From contig OZ024740.1 of NCBI GenBank assembly GCA_964016885.1, positions 215,698,001 to 215,762,000 of the forward strand: a stretch of 64,000 nucleotides of DNA. Direction: 5' to 3'. Every line of letters starts with the position of its first letter. Position 1 is the stretch's first letter. The position numbers and the translations under genes were made by a program. This DNA comes from Eledone cirrhosa (taxonomy: Eukaryota). Shown here one piece after another: positions 25,751-40,341 of this stretch. The notes beneath the pieces were generated by a model that had not been told where the DNA came from, ran no database searches, and saw only the letters and a list, made by a program, of their open reading frames with translations.

Positions 25751-28700
25751 CATCATCATCATCATCATCATCATTTTACGTCCGCTTTTCCCTGCTTGCA
25801 AGGGTGGGACGGGTCTTATTCAGCACAGCATCTCTCCACTCGTCACGGTCTCTCGTCATCTCCACCGTGAGCTTCAATGATCTGAGGTCTGTTCTCACCA
25901 CCTCCGCCCATGTTTTTTGTGGTCTACCTCTACCACGTCTTCCTTCAACTGGCAATTCCTGGCACTTCTTCACCCAACGGTCATCCTCCATGCGCATCAC
26001 ATGTCCATACCACCTCAGTCTCCTCTCCCGTACACTACATTCTATCCCTCTCAGACACAGTTTCTCTCTCAACACATTTATGCTGGGTCGTTCACGCACA
26101 TTTACACTGCACATCCAACAGAGCATGCTTGCCTCATTTCTCTCCAGCCATCGCATATCCTCTGCAGTTGCTGCCCATGTCTCATTACCATGCAGCATCG
26201 CGCTCCTCACACAGGCATCATACAACCGGCCTTTCGTACGCAGGGAGAAACCCTTCTTCGTCAACAGAGGAAGCAGCTCCCTAAACTTCTTCCAACCCGT
26301 CCTTATTCTAGATACTATGGCCTCGGAACACCCTCCTCCCATGCTAATCTGATCTCCTAGGTGCCGGAAGCTATCCACCACTTCTATAGCGCCCTCCTGC
26401 ATCTGAAAAATGTGTCTATCAATGCGACTTCTACTGTCTAATTTCCCTGTACATCTACTGCATACATATTTCTCCCTACCTGTTAGTTTGCTGCTATCCC
26501 GCTACATCTCTTGTGTACCCAGGATCTGCATTGTGTGCATTTTATAGAATTTATGCCAGTTCCTTTTTCTGCATATCGAACATGGCCATTTCCCTGACGG
26601 AATCAGGGTGTTGTCCTCTTTTCTACTCATCAACACTTTTGTCTTAGCTAGATTCACTCTCAGTCCTCTTGCTTCCAACTGCTGTTTCCATAGCCAGAAT
26701 TTATTCTCTAGCTCCTCTACTGATTCTGCTATAAGAACCAGATCGTCAGCATAGAGAAGTTCCCATGGACAGCCAGTCTTAAACTCCTCTGTTATGGCTT
26801 GGAGGACTATAATGAACAAGAGCAGGCTGAGGACCGAACCTTGATGTACTCCTACTTGTATCTGGAATTCCTCACTAAACTCCATTCCTACCCTGACTTT
26901 ACTGAGAGTACCTCTGTACAAAGTTTGCACTGTCCTCACAAGCCATTCTTCAACACCTAGCTTCCTTAGGGACTACCAGATGACAGATCGGGGTACCCTA
27001 TCAAAGGCCTTCTCTAGGTCAACAAAGGCTAAGTATAGTGGCTTATTCTTCTCTAAGAACCTCTCTTGCAATTGTCTCACCAAGAAGAGGACATCTGTTG
27101 TACTCTTCCCAGGCACAAAACCAAACTGCATCTCATCTAGTTTCACCCCTTTCTCTAATTAGTTGTGCTAAAAACCTTTCTGCCACTTTCATAACCTGAT
27201 CTATCAGTTTTATATCCCTATAATTGCTCCTCTCCAAAGCATCCTCTTTACCTTTGTAGCAATTTATGAGAATACTGCTGCACCAGTCTTTGGGTATGAC
27301 ACCACCAAATATAGCCTGATTGATGATGCGTGCAACCAGTTTAGTGCCTACGTCCCCTGATGCCTTCAGCATCTCAGCAACTATTCCCGATGGTCCGGCA
27401 GCCTTACCATTTTTCATTTCCCTAATCGCCTCTTGGACCCTATATTCGTCAATCTCAATAGCTGGTCCCTCTGTCGGATCTACCAAGGGTAATTTCTCTC
27501 TCTCCCATTTGTTCTCCACATTCATCAGTCTCTCATAATGACATTTCCAGGCCTCCTTTTTCTGGTCATTCATGACACTAAGTACACCGGCATCATCCCG
27601 GACACATTTATCTCCAACAACATCCTGATTTGCATTGACACACTGCCTTGCAATGTGGAACACCGCACGTCTCTGATGTTCCCGTCACAGAACATTGGCA
27701 AACCTCCTACTCTCAGCCTCCCTGCGTGCTAAGTACACCTGACGTCTAGCTTCTCTCTTAGTGGCTGTATATTCTTCCCTACTCCCACCCTTTTTCCAAG
27801 CCTTCCATGCTAGTCTTTTGTCTCTAATAGCCTTATCTACTGTGCTGTTCCACCACCAGGTCACTCTCTGTCTGGTTGGAGCTCTGCTCCAGCCACAAGT
27901 TTCATCAGTAGCCTGCAGCAAGTTGTCACATAAGAAATTCCAGTTATTATCTGTCATATGTCTCTAAATCGTCTTCTTTTTCGTCATATACATCTTGAAG
28001 GGCTTTCCTAAATTTGTATTTTAGTGAAAGGTCTTTTAGCTTCCAGACCTTTCTTCTCCACACCTTCCTATATGTCTCATTCCATCTCTTGCTTACTGAG
28101 ATATCACTAACAACTAACCTATGCTGTGGGGTACATTCTTCCCCAGGGTATGCCTTGGTATTAGACACTATCTGCCTGTCCCGCTGCCTAACTAGTAAGA
28201 AGTCAATCTGGATTATGTGCTCACCAGATTTGTAGGTTATTAAGTGATTGGCAGGTTTCTGGAAGTCTGTGTTGCAAATAGTCAATGTACCTGCATCACA
28301 AAATTCAAGAAGTCTCACTCCTTCTTCATTTCTTGAACCGTAACCGTCCCCACCATGTACCCCAGTGTAACCATCCTGGAGCTGTCCAACATGACCATTG
28401 AAGTCTCCTGCTAGCATAACGATGTCTCCGTCCTCTGTCATCTTTGCCTAGGCCTGCTTGGGGAGAATAGGCCGAGATGATTGTCAGTAGTCTCATACCT
28501 ACAACTAATCTAAGCTTAATTATTCGATTACTAACTCGAACTACCTCTATTGTCTTATTGATCCATTTCTCAGCCAGGAAAATGCCTACTCCCCCTAACC
28601 CATTATCTTTACCTACCCAAAATAGCTTATAGCTAAGACGTTTGCCTATGACTAGTCTCGCTGAGGCACCTCTCCATCTCACCTCTTGCATGCAGCACAC

Positions 28701-28768
28701 ATCCACCTGCCTTCTCTCCAGCATCTCCGCTATTTCAGCAGATCTACCTCTGAGAGTGCCAACGTCTT
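25751..28768 (-). mobile_element. Near full-length but frameshifted RTE LINE (AP endonuclease + RT + Cys-rich insert)
   Basis: EN motifs VGTL...CMQEVRW, AGDFNGHVG, QIDFLL, PQHRLV. Also WWWN, KAAGPSG, NYRDIKL, GVHQGSVLS, LYADD, RRLRWYGH, GRP. (GAT)n tail at 25751-25773. Confidence 0.93.
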
Positions 28769-29150
28769 CATATTTTGTTGTTGTTCCTATTTGTTGCTGT
28801 GCTGATAAGCGTTTTGGCATTGATACACTGGTTGGATGCCCTTCCTAACACCAGCGCCACTTTACAGCATGGACTGGGTGCTTTTATTTGTGCCACCAGC
28901 ACTAGAGAGGATGTCTTACTAGACTCAAGGGCCCTCTCTACCCCTCCATTTTACAGCATGGTCATGAAAAAAAAAATAAATAAATAACTTATTGACACGA
29001 CGCACACACACACACACACTCACACACCAACACTCATGCATACAAACCACAACCACACCCACACATATATATATATATAGATATATATACATATATATAC
29101 ATATATACATGCATATATATATATACGTACATATGTACATATATATATAT

Positions 29151-29183
<33 letters not shown>

Positions 29184-29459
29184 GCATTGAAACATAATTT
29201 GCTAAGAGAAATAAAACATATAATAAGAGATTTAGAGAAATACTGTTTTAATTGGGACAGCATTGTGTTTACCAACAGCTGGTGTTGTGGATTAAATCTC
29301 TGACTGCACCCACACGCATGCGCACGCATATGAAATCAGTGAGAAAGCTTGCAAAATTCTACATATATGTACACTTATCTATATACCAAATACTTATATA
29401 GAGGCCAAGAATACCAAATACTTATAAATATACACATGTATATATATGCATACATGTCT

Positions 29460-29504
<45 letters not shown>

Positions 29505-29619
29505 CACACATGTATATTACCGTATACATGTCTCTCTCTCTCTATATATATATACATATATATATACTTATATATAAATATATATATAGATATATGTATG
29601 AATATATACATAGAAGCTA

Positions 29620-30067
29620 AAACTGGAAATATTCCAAGCAACCATTAAGCCCATATTACTTTATGGATCCGAAACTTGGACACTAACATCACAACTTGAG
29701 AGGAGATTGGATGGCACATATACCCGCCTCTTAATGAGAGTGCAAAACCTATCCTGGAAACGACATCCCACCTTGTCTAAAATCTATGGCAAACTCCCTC
29801 GAGCCTCTGCCCTTCTAAAATCCCAGAGAGCTCAATTTGCAGGCCACTGTCACCGTGCCAGCAATGAAATCATATCCGCTCTCTTGCTCTGGAACCCTGA
29901 CTCCAGCCTGACTAGGAGTAGGGGGCTGTCATTCCCTGACGTTATCTTTAGGGATACAGGAATCAGCAGACAGGATCTGGGGGCAGTGATGGGGGACAGG
30001 GGATTCAGGGGCATGAGAGTGAGATCCATCATCTCGACAGTAGTCGACGAGTGATGATGATGATGAT
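29620..30067 (+). mobile_element. RTE-like LINE 3' fragment (second family)
   Basis: Encodes LLYGSETWTLT...DGTYTRLLMRV...FAGHC...LLLW, then a (GAT)n tail. Confidence 0.75.
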
Positions 30068-30114
30068 ATATACATATATATATATATACACACACATGTA
30101 TATATACCTATACA

Positions 30115-30171
<57 letters not shown>

Positions 30172-30394
30172 ATACATGTCTATATATATATATATATATA
30201 CCTATACATGTCTATATATATATATATATATACCTATACATGTCTATATATATCATCATCATCATCATCGTTTAACGTCCATGTTCCACGCTTATATACA
30301 CATATATATAAATATTTATATATATATGTATATATGTGTATATATATATATATATATATTTATGTGTATATATAATCATATATATATATATATA

Positions 30395-31165
30395 ATCATC
30401 ATCATCATCGTCAATTAATGTCTATCTTCCATGCTAGCATCGGTTAGACCGGTTGTCCCAATTAGAGGCAAGTTCGGCCAGTTGACTGTGTCTTGCTCAT
30501 ATAGGGGAGTTTCTAGCTGGTTTTCTATGGCTGGATGCCATTCCTAACTCCAACCACATTTACAGTCTGTGCTGGGTGCTTTTTATCATGACACCTACAC
30601 AATCACTTTACTGTGTGGGCTGGATGTTCTTTACAGTGTGGACTGGGCACCTTTGTTGTGTCCCCGACATGACACAGTGGGGACTAGGGAGGGTGGAAGG
30701 GCTTGGGAATGGGGACAGGGTAGTAGGGGAGGTATGGTTATCACTAAGGGAGGTGGATGAGAGGGCATAGCAGTTTGAGGAAGGAAGGTGTTGCCTATTA
30801 GGTATATTCCTCATCCCAAGAACAATAGAGGGTGGGTCTTTCATAAAACTGCATAGCACCAGAGGTTACAGTCCTGAGTCATTGCCTTTGAGAGGTGTAA
30901 TTGTGCAAGGTCAGCTTTTATTACCTCATCCCAAGTCTTCCTAGGTCTGCTCACACCAGGGTTTCCATCGACTTTGAGCGCTGTGCACCTTATTATTATA
31001 TAGCTCTCTTCCTTCATACACATCACATGTCCATACCAATGCAATCTCCTCTCCTGCATGCAACAACTGATCCCTCTTAAGCCTTAGCCATTCACGTATA
31101 TTGCTATTGCACATCCAGCAAAGCATGGAGGCTTCATTTCTTTCCAATCTTCACAGGTCCTCCGC
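30395..31165 (-). mobile_element. Older degraded RTE 3' fragment
   Basis: Encodes [12 protein letters not shown] and ERRLHWYGHVM...RPRKTWDEVIK, followed by an RTE-type UTR. Confidence 0.85.
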
Positions 31166-31176
31166 ACATATATATA

Positions 31177-31220
<44 letters not shown>

Positions 31221-31618
31221 CACACACATATATATATTAATATATACATATATATATATATATGCATGCATATATGCACACACACACATATATATGAAGG
31301 AGATACACAATAGTGTAAATATTCCAACGATGTAAAGAACTCAATACAAAGATGTAGAGTAGGTTACAACTATTAGTTTCATGTTTTACCAATTTTTAAG
31401 GAATGAAAGATAGGAAACAATTCTATATTATCATTACAGAATAATCTCTAAATTCTCTTGTATAAGACCATTAAAAATATAAAATAGATTTGGAATGGTA
31501 TTGTGTTTGTTAACTAGCTTGTCTTTTTAATATATGTCAACAATATTTAAAAAAATTTTATTCACATTATATGAAATATATTTTTGATTTTTGTAGAGCC
31601 TAGATAAATATGTATATG

Positions 31619-31935
31619 TAACTCCTGAGGGAGTTGTAGGGGCACCTTATTGACATACAGCATTTCTAGGGTATTTTTAAACTTGGCAGAGCTCATCAAC
31701 TCTCCAGGTCTGAATACAGCATATCTCTTCTAGAGAAGTATAGAGAGTAAGAGAAAGGAAGTGAGAAAGAGATATAGAAAAAGAATCGACCACAGTACTA
31801 AACTGGTACTTTTTATTGACCTTAAATGGAGGAAAGGCAATGTTGATTTCAGCAGGATATGAACTCAGAGAACAGGGAGCTGGAACAAATACCTCAAATC
31901 ATTATATCTGATGTTCTAATGACTGCCAATTCACT
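31619..31935 (-). mobile_element. Older SINE subfamily copy
   Basis: Reverse-complement homologue of 21665-21940. Confidence 0.6.
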
Positions 31936-32231
31936 GTCTCATAGCTGAATATAGTACATGTCTATTCAGTTTTCAGTTGAATTAGGATTTAGGTAATCCA
32001 AAATATTCTAATAAAATATTTTGATTTGTGTCAACAAAAGTGTATCAACTTTGAACTAGAAGTGTTCAAAAGGGATCTTTTTCTAAAATATAGTAATTTT
32101 CCTTTTGAGACAATGACCACAACCAACATTGTTCTCTGTTTATAAGGTTTGGCATGTCCAATATTCTACACTGTGTAATATTCCAGTCATCAGCTGTCAG
32201 CTGGGGATTACATTGATTTGGGCTTTATTTC

Positions 32232-32690
32232 CAACAGTACTACTCCTACCAGCAGTACCACTACTATCAACAGTACCACTACTATCAACAGTACCACTAC
32301 TATCAACAGTACCACTACTACCAGCAGTACCACTACTATCAACAGTACCACTAATACCAGCAGTACCACTACTACCAACAGTACCACTAATACCAGCAGT
32401 ACCACTACTACCAACAGTACCACTACTACCAACAGTACCACTCCTACCAGCAGTACCACTACTATCAACAGTACCACTAATACCAGCAGTACCACTACTA
32501 TCAACAGTACCACTACTACCAACAGTACCACTAATACCAGCAGTACCACTACTACCAACAGTACCACTCCTACCAGCAGTACCACTACTATCAACAGTAC
32601 CACTAATACCAGCAGTACCACTACTACCAACAGTACCACTAATACCAGCAGTACCACTACCAACAGTACCACTAATACCAACAGTACCCC
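32232..32690. repeat. 18-bp minisatellite CA(A/G)CAGTACCACTA(C/A)TA(C/T)
   Basis: Direct inspection. Open in several frames only because the unit is a multiple of 3. Confidence 0.93.
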
Positions 32691-33554
32691 TTCTACCAAG
32701 TGCCAACCAACATTGATGCTAGCCAATGTCATAGTTCACACTATAGCAGGGTTTTCCACATTATCCCTGCTGCTATCATCAGAACTGTTATGCAGTTATA
32801 ACCACTCCCTTTATTCAGACGTTCTGGTGTCCATTCTTTGATGAGAGATTTCTCTCTGTTCTCAGTGTTGTTGTTTTTCGATAATGATACTTTTCTGCTT
32901 CCATCTCCAGTTCTTGAACCCCCCCCCCCTCTATCCTCCTTTCTGAGTCCCGTATCAGTCAGATACAACATGGAAGATCTAGCAATAAATCCATGATATT
33001 TTGCCACAACTGGAAGAAATGTACACTGCTATCCTCAAACCTCACACAATTCCTTCCTTTATTTCTTTATATTTTCTGTACTTTCTTTCATCAACCTACT
33101 CCATATTGCCTTCCTAAATCACTGTCAGATCAACAACCAGAACATTTGTATTGTTGTTGAGTCAGATCATAGTATAAGGTTATAGTATTGTGATAGTAAT
33201 ATAACCTTGAAATCTTAGCTCTTCTTTCATGTTATTGGCCCTTAGCAACAGTCTGGGTACCAACTTACTTATTTCAACCTCCTGTTTATCCTTTCTCACT
33301 CTCCACATGAAAGACAACAGGATGCAGCACCCTGCATTGGTTTTTCTTGTGTTAACACTACTTCAAGGTTTTCAATGTATTAGTGTGAATACTCAGAACT
33401 TGGTTATGTCTCCAAACAAACTCTGCCAGAGATGGCTTACAGGCTGTCAGAACATATTCTAGTGATGTGTAACATCTACACTGATAACAATTGACAGTGT
33501 CACTTAAGCCCTACCATCTAATACAGGATGGGGACGGGAGAATATTATAGAGGT

Positions 33555-33830
33555 CATGTAACCTAATGTTAGGAGTATTGGATTTATGATCAAATTGTCA
33601 TGGCTTTGATTTCTGGACTGGGTAATGTGTTGTGTTCTTGAGCAAAACACTTCATTTCATCTTGTTCCAGTATACTCAGCTGAAAATGAGGACCAGTAAC
33701 AGTTGGGAGTTTAACCCTGTGATATACTGATGACCCATCCAGTGGCGAGTCTTGTACTCTCAGTCACTTCATGCAAATGAAACTGGGATAAACACTGGCC
33801 TGATGAACCTCTGGGCTGGGGACGGACATT
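33555..33830 (+). mobile_element. Degraded tRNA-derived SINE with CORE-like and Meta-like segments
   Basis: tgttgtgttcttgagcaaaacactt (shared with 56746-57086), then cccatccag...gtcacttcatgc...gaaactgggataa...ggcctgatga. Domain names are from memory. Confidence 0.55.
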
Positions 33831-34461
33831 AGATGGAGGCATATATCATACACTGCTCCCACTGGCCTGATGAACCTCTGGGGACGGACATTAGATGGAG
33901 GCATATATCATACACTGCTCCCACTGGCCTAATGAACCTCTGGGCTGGGGACAAACTTTAGATGGAGGCATATATCATACACTGCTCCCACTGGCCTGAT
34001 GAACTTCTGGGCTGGGGACAGACTTTAGATGGAGGCATATATCATACACTGCTCCCACTGGCCTGATGAACCTCTGGGCTGGGGACGGACTTTAGATGGA
34101 GGCATATATCATACACTGCTCCCACTGGCCTGATGAACTTCTGGGCTGGGGACAGACTTTAGATGGAGGCATATATCATACACTGCTCCCACTGGCCTGA
34201 TGAACCTCTGGGCTGGGGACAAACTTTAGATAGAGGCATATATCATACACTGCTCCCACTGGCTTGATGAACCCCTGGGCTGGTGACAAACTTTAGATGG
34301 AGGCATATATCATACACTGCTTCCACTGGCCTGATAAACCTCTGGGCTAGGGACGGACTTTAGATGGAGGCATATATCATACACTGCTCCCACTGGCCTG
34401 ATGAACCTCTGGGCTGGGACAGACTTTAGATGGAGGCATATATCATATCATGCACTGCTCC
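33793..34461. repeat. ~65-bp tandem repeat, ~10 units
   Basis: Unit CACTGGCCTGATGAACCTCTGGGCTGGGGACRGACTTTAGATGGAGGCATATATCATACACTGCTCC. Confidence 0.93.
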
Positions 34462-35826
34462 CAGAAGAAATGACAGCCTGGCCTGTTCTATTTTCCATAC
34501 CTGTATTCTACTGTCTCCCATACTGTCCACTCTACTGACATTGTCACACACTATTCCTCCTGAATCTGGTAAATTACTTCTGTTATAATTTCTCACCTTC
34601 CTTTGTTATTTTTGTGAAACATCCATTTGTTCTGCATTCTATTGTGCCCATGTGTTCTGCACTAGACTCCACTGCACCAATCTTTCGGTTTCATGATAGT
34701 TTCTGTATTATATTTCAAATACTTTTATAGTCTCTAACATTATTTTTCAAAGATCATATGTATTTTGATAAAACTGTAGTCAAAGATCTTTGTGGATTTC
34801 TGAAAGGATGTTGATGCTGATTAAATCCTCTTTTAAATTTATTTACGGTTAACTCAATTTAATCTTTGGAAACTGAATTATCAGCTGTAAATACTTTTAC
34901 ACAATAAATCATCAATTTTGAAAGACATGAATTATTTAATGAACAATTTACAGGGTTAAGACAGTTACATGAAAAGGAAATATTATATGTAGATGGTTGT
35001 TTAAGATTTCAAATATTGATGTTTGCTATTTTTGGCAAAATTATGCATACAGCTGAAGTTAAATTGAACAATATTTCTATTGAAAATTTTATAATAATTA
35101 TGATTCTTCAGAAAGTGTTTATCTAATAAGTGAAAGAAATGTTTGGTGATATGTTTATTTAGAATGAGACTGAATGGTGTATTGAACCAAATGATTTGTG
35201 TTTTCTATTTTTACATGACTGAAAATTATTATTTATATAACTAATTTTATCTCTAAACCAGCTTCATATATATATATATACACACACACACATACACACA
35301 TATACTTATACATACACATTATATATATATATGTATATACACACCAGACCACTCCCCTCCTGTAAATTTTTATTTTTGTAATTTCTTCCTAACTTTATTT
35401 CAACTACCATTTATTAATTTTTATTTTTTGCATTTTTCATTCTTTAACGTTATTTTCTTTGCTATTTTCTTTTATTATTCCCGATGAAGGGCAAATACCC
35501 GATATGTTGACTATGTAACTCATTCTTCTTTCTCCAAATGTGAAACTAATACCCTTCATATTATTGCATCCTCTTGTTTGTTTGTTTCGTGTTTCCTTGC
35601 CTTATATGTGTGTGTGTGTGAGTCACAACAGTTTTTTTCAAAGAATCCTGTTCTTTAAAATCTCTTGGCCAATGACCTCCACCCCATCCTCCAAATCACC
35701 ACCTTCCCCAACCACTAGAAATATATAAATACAACAGTTTTACAAGGACAGTTGGCTTTCTTTTTAATGAAATAGTTCTAGTCCTGTAGAAGCCATTTCT
35801 ATATTAAACTTGATATATATATATAT

Positions 35827-37364
35827 TCGACAGAGTCCCCCGTTCCATTATCTGGTGGGCTCTTAGAAAACTAGGTGTTGATGAATGGCTTGTGAGAACT
35901 ATACAAGCCATATATAAAGAAACAGTCAGCAAGGTTAGAATTAACAACAAATATAGTGAAGAGTTTAGCGTAAAAGTTGGTGTTCATCAGGGCTCCGTTC
36001 TTAGCCCCCTACTATTTATTATTGCCCTTCAGGCTATAACAGTGGAGTTCAAGACCGGCTGCCCATGGGAACTCCTATACGCAGATGATCTAACGCTCAT
36101 AGCTGAATCAATGGCCGAACTAGAGAAGAAATTCCAAACATGGAAGCATGGCCTAGAATCAAAAGGCCTTAAAATTAACCTGTCTAAGACTAAAGTTCTA
36201 GTTTGTAGGAAGGAAAATAGGGCACCGGTCCCATCCGGGAAATGGCCATGCTCAGTGTGTAGGAAAGAAGTAGGTAGAACTCCATTTTATGTCCGAAATG
36301 CAAAGTATGGGTGCATAAAAGATGTAGTGGGATCACAGGTAAGCTAACTAAGAACATAGATTTTATATGTTGCCGGTGCTCTGGTGCAATAAGTAGCAGC
36401 AAGTGCCCACAGAATACTAGCTCATTCCATTGCACAGATGGTTCTATAGAAATAGTGGACAGCTTCCGTTACCTGGGTGACAAAATCAGCAGTGGGGGAG
36501 GGTGCTCTGAAAGTACAGTAGCTAGAGTCAGAACTGGATGGAAAAAGTTCAGAGAGCTTATACCACTATTAGCCGCTAAAGGGTTCTCCCTAAAAATGAA
36601 AGGCAGGCTGTATGATGTCTGCATACGAACAGCAATGTTGCATGGCAGTGAGACGTGGGCATTGTGTGCAGAGGATATACGCAGACTTGCATGCTCTGCT
36701 GGATGTGTAATAGTAATATACGTGAACGGCAAAGCATAAACGAACTAAGGGAAAAATTAGAAATAAGAGGGATCAGATGTTGTTTACTCGAGAGAAGGCT
36801 ACGTTGGTATGGTTACGTGATGCGCATGAAAGACGACAGCTGTATAAAAAAGTGCAGGGCAATAAAAATAGACGGTAGCCACGGAGTAGGCAGACCCAGA
36901 AAAACCTGGGACAACTTGATAAATTCCGACCTCACACACTTACACCTCTCCAAGACAATGTCACTGGACCGAGATCTTTGGCGCTACACAGTAATAGAGA
37001 AGACCCGCCTTACCTAAGTACAAAGTGAAACCTATTACAGTCAGTAGGCATCTCTAACAAAATACACGCCCGTCCCACTACCTCCACCCCATCCACACCA
37101 CCCCTTTCAATGTAAAGTTATGTTGGTACCACAACAAAAAAAAACACACAGTCCACGCTGTAATGTGGCCATGTAGGTAACACGGTAAAAACCTCCCAGT
37201 TCCACACTGTAAATGTGGTTGGTGTTAGGAAGGGCATCCAGCCGTAGAGAACCCGCCAGACAGTCCTATGCGAGCAAGACAACCACTCTTGCCTCAAGTG
37301 GGAAAACTCCCGTCCAAACCCATGCAAGCGTGGAATATGGATGTTAAACGATGATGATGATGAT
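35827..37364 (+). mobile_element. 5'-truncated RTE LINE, frameshifted
   Basis: FDRVPR, GVHQGSVLSP, LYADD, RRLRWYG, EKTRLT*, 3'UTR, (GAT)n tail. Flanked by (TA)n. Confidence 0.93.
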
Positions 37365-38485
37365 ATATATAAATGGAAAAAATGAAACGAAATTTCATTT
37401 CTCACTCTTAGTACGGCTGTTACTTAAATATAAGTATGTGTACGTACATACATATATGTATACAGACGTACAGAAGTATGTATATATACATACATGCACA
37501 CATATATATATATGTACGTATGGATTTACCTAACATTTAGTATAATGCTCGGTTTGTTTGTAAACAAATATCCCGAATTAAGCCGTACAGTGTTTAGCAA
37601 CCATCGTTTCCCTTTTGTTCAACATACTTATATATATATATAATATAACTTAGGTACCAAGGCCTTTTGCCCATATGTGTTTGTGAGTATTGATTTATTA
37701 TTTTTTAGATCGACACAGGCAGACTATATGTATTTGAATTAAGATATTTCATTCTAGCTATTTTTATTGTCAAATGCAACAAAAACATGTAAATGTTTAT
37801 CATATATTAATATATATATATATACGTTTTTTAATTGAAAAAAAACAAAAAAAAACGCGATAATATTGCTTTATGCTGAGCTCCATATCTTTTGTTGAGT
37901 TTTTTTCGGAATGTTTTGACTGCTGTTTCTTGTAAACAGTCATTCGTCTCATTCTGACGTCACTAGCCCTGTCTCCATGTGTGTTTATTAATTCAATTCC
38001 ACACAAGGTTTGACTAGCCTGCTTTTAAATTCCCCTCTGGCACATTTTAGCTGTGGTCTTAGTTAACGTGTTGAGCACTACTGAGGAACGATGACAAACA
38101 TGACTAACCCCACTGAAAAGTTTCGTGAAATAGTCTTTTTAAGACTATAGATTTTTCCAAATTGACGGATAAGTATTTACTCTTAATTTTATTTTGAGTT
38201 AAGATTCTTTTCCCTGGATTACACAGGTTTTTTTCCCCGGATTACACAAAATCTGTGGATAAAATTTCTGGTCTTGACTTGTTTTGAATTGGGATTAAGT
38301 TATTTTCCCATATCTTACATTAAATATTTTTCATCTTGACGTTATAATCACTTATATATCTGAATTACTGTTGGCTTCTTGCTTACATTAATTTCTCTAT
38401 TTTCATATATATATATATATATATATATAGTCTTTTACCTGTTCCAGCCATCCGGCTGAGGCCATGCTGGGTCACCTCCCTTGTA

Positions 38486-38522
<37 letters not shown>

Positions 38523-38988
38523 TTGAAATTGTACCAACAATAATGAAATCAATGACATTGAATGTATTTCATTTTCGGAGTTCAGGATTAGTATGCTTTA
38601 GGTATGCCATATATATCAAGATTACTGGATATATGAACAATCATACAAACTGGGAAATCTGTATTCCAAGAAATGGTTTGCATGAGAGTGTCACTGTGTG
38701 GTTTAGAAGTTCACTTGTCACAACCAAAGAGTCAACCTCACGTTTGTGTCTGTATATATTATATTATAACCTTTGAGTCACTTATGTATATCATAGCTGT
38801 GATGTTACACATGTATATATATATATACTACATTGTATAAAATACATAGCAAACTGGCATATAGATTCTAAGGTACTCAGAGTTACCTGACATTTTTACT
38901 TCATTCTTCAACCATCAGAAGGTATACACCAGTTTGCCATGTCTTTTGTACTCTTTATCTTTCTATTTCATCTTTTATTTCTCATTCT

Positions 38989-39026
38989 TTCTTCTGATGA
39001 AGGACTAGTGTCTGAAACGTTAAGAG
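38989..39026 (+). ncRNA. Minimal hammerhead motif of Penelope type
   Basis: TTCTT-CTGATGA-a-GGAC-tagt-GTCT-GAAACGTT-AAGAG. Stem I TTCTT/AAGAG, palindromic ACGT at stem III. A broken homologue with the same downstream sequence lies at ~25538-25635. Confidence 0.6.
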
Positions 39027-39111
39027 TCTTTTTCCTATTATTTTAAGCATTAAACTAATATGTTTCTTCATTGTACTGTATCGTTTGCTTTGTTATTTCT
39101 GTTTACTTTTT

Positions 39112-39150
<39 letters not shown>

Positions 39151-39450
39151 ACATAGATATATTGTAATATGCATTTGTATGTATGTACAGTTTCTCATCT
39201 GTAACACTGTCCTGACTCCCATGTGACATGTCGGACTGCAACATCATGAATAAATGCATTTTAAGTGCACCTATATGCAGAAGCGTAACCAAGACATGAC
39301 AGGTTGCCTTCTCTGCACACTGACATATAGAGAGAGGAGGAAGGGTTAAAAGATGTAGGAGAGGAGAAGGAGAAGGAGGAGAAAGATCATTAGAGGGAAT
39401 ACAGAAGAAGGAAGAGAGTTGAAGTTGGAGTGTAAAATGGGTAACAGAAC

Positions 39451-39508
39451 TATGTATATATATATATATATTTATATGTGTGTGTATATATATGTGTGTG
39501 TATGTATA

Positions 39509-39540
<32 letters not shown>

Positions 39541-39664
39541 CGTGTGTGTGTGTGTGTGTGTATATATGTGTGTGTATGTATGTGTGTGTGTGTATGTATC
39601 TATGTGTGTGTGTATATATATATACACACGTGTGTGTGTATATATATATACGTGTGTGTGTGTG

Positions 39665-39713
<49 letters not shown>

Positions 39714-39923
39714 GTGTGTGTGTGTATATATATATGTGTGTGTGTGTATATATATATGTGTGTGTGTGTATATATATATATATGTGTATGTGTATATATA
39801 TATACACACGTGTGTGTGTATATATATACGTGTGTGTGTGTGTATATATATATATATATGTGTGTGTGTGTATATATATATGCACGTGTGTGTGTATATA
39901 TATATGTATGTGTGTATATATAA

Positions 39924-39965
<42 letters not shown>

Positions 39966-39972
39966 GTGTGTG

Positions 39973-40007
<35 letters not shown>

Positions 40008-40030
40008 ATATCTATATATGTCTGTGTGTG
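39451..40030. repeat. Compound (TA)n/(TG)n microsatellite
   Basis: Direct inspection. Confidence 0.95.
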
Positions 40031-40303
40031 CTGTGTAAAACTTTATGGATGTTTATACAAACATACAATCATCCATGTGTGTGTGTATGTATTTAGAGGA
40101 CTTAATAATGGTGGTGGTGATGATGATGATGTGGGTGGTGGTGATGAGATGGTGGTGGTGGTGATGATGATGATGATGATCCTCCCCTCCCCTCCTCCTC
40201 ATCATCATGTAATGGCAATGATAATGTAGAAGTTGTTGTTAGGTAAAATGTTGATATGATGTTTGAAGACAATGCATAACAGAAATTGAGGAGAGGAAGG
40301 CGT

Positions 40304-40341
<38 letters not shown>

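Noticed and set aside
25751-28768. Active autonomous RTE
   Set aside because: Multiple frameshifts and stops split EN and RT; no LINE copy in the window has an intact ORF.
32129-32841. Mucin-like Ser/Thr-rich ORFs
   Set aside because: An 18-bp minisatellite open in four frames inside the SAMTOR intron.
33793-34461. Tandem CTGATGA as a hammerhead satellite or retrozyme
   Set aside because: There is no GAAA half-core or stem I/III in the unit; the heptamer comes from the SINE tail.
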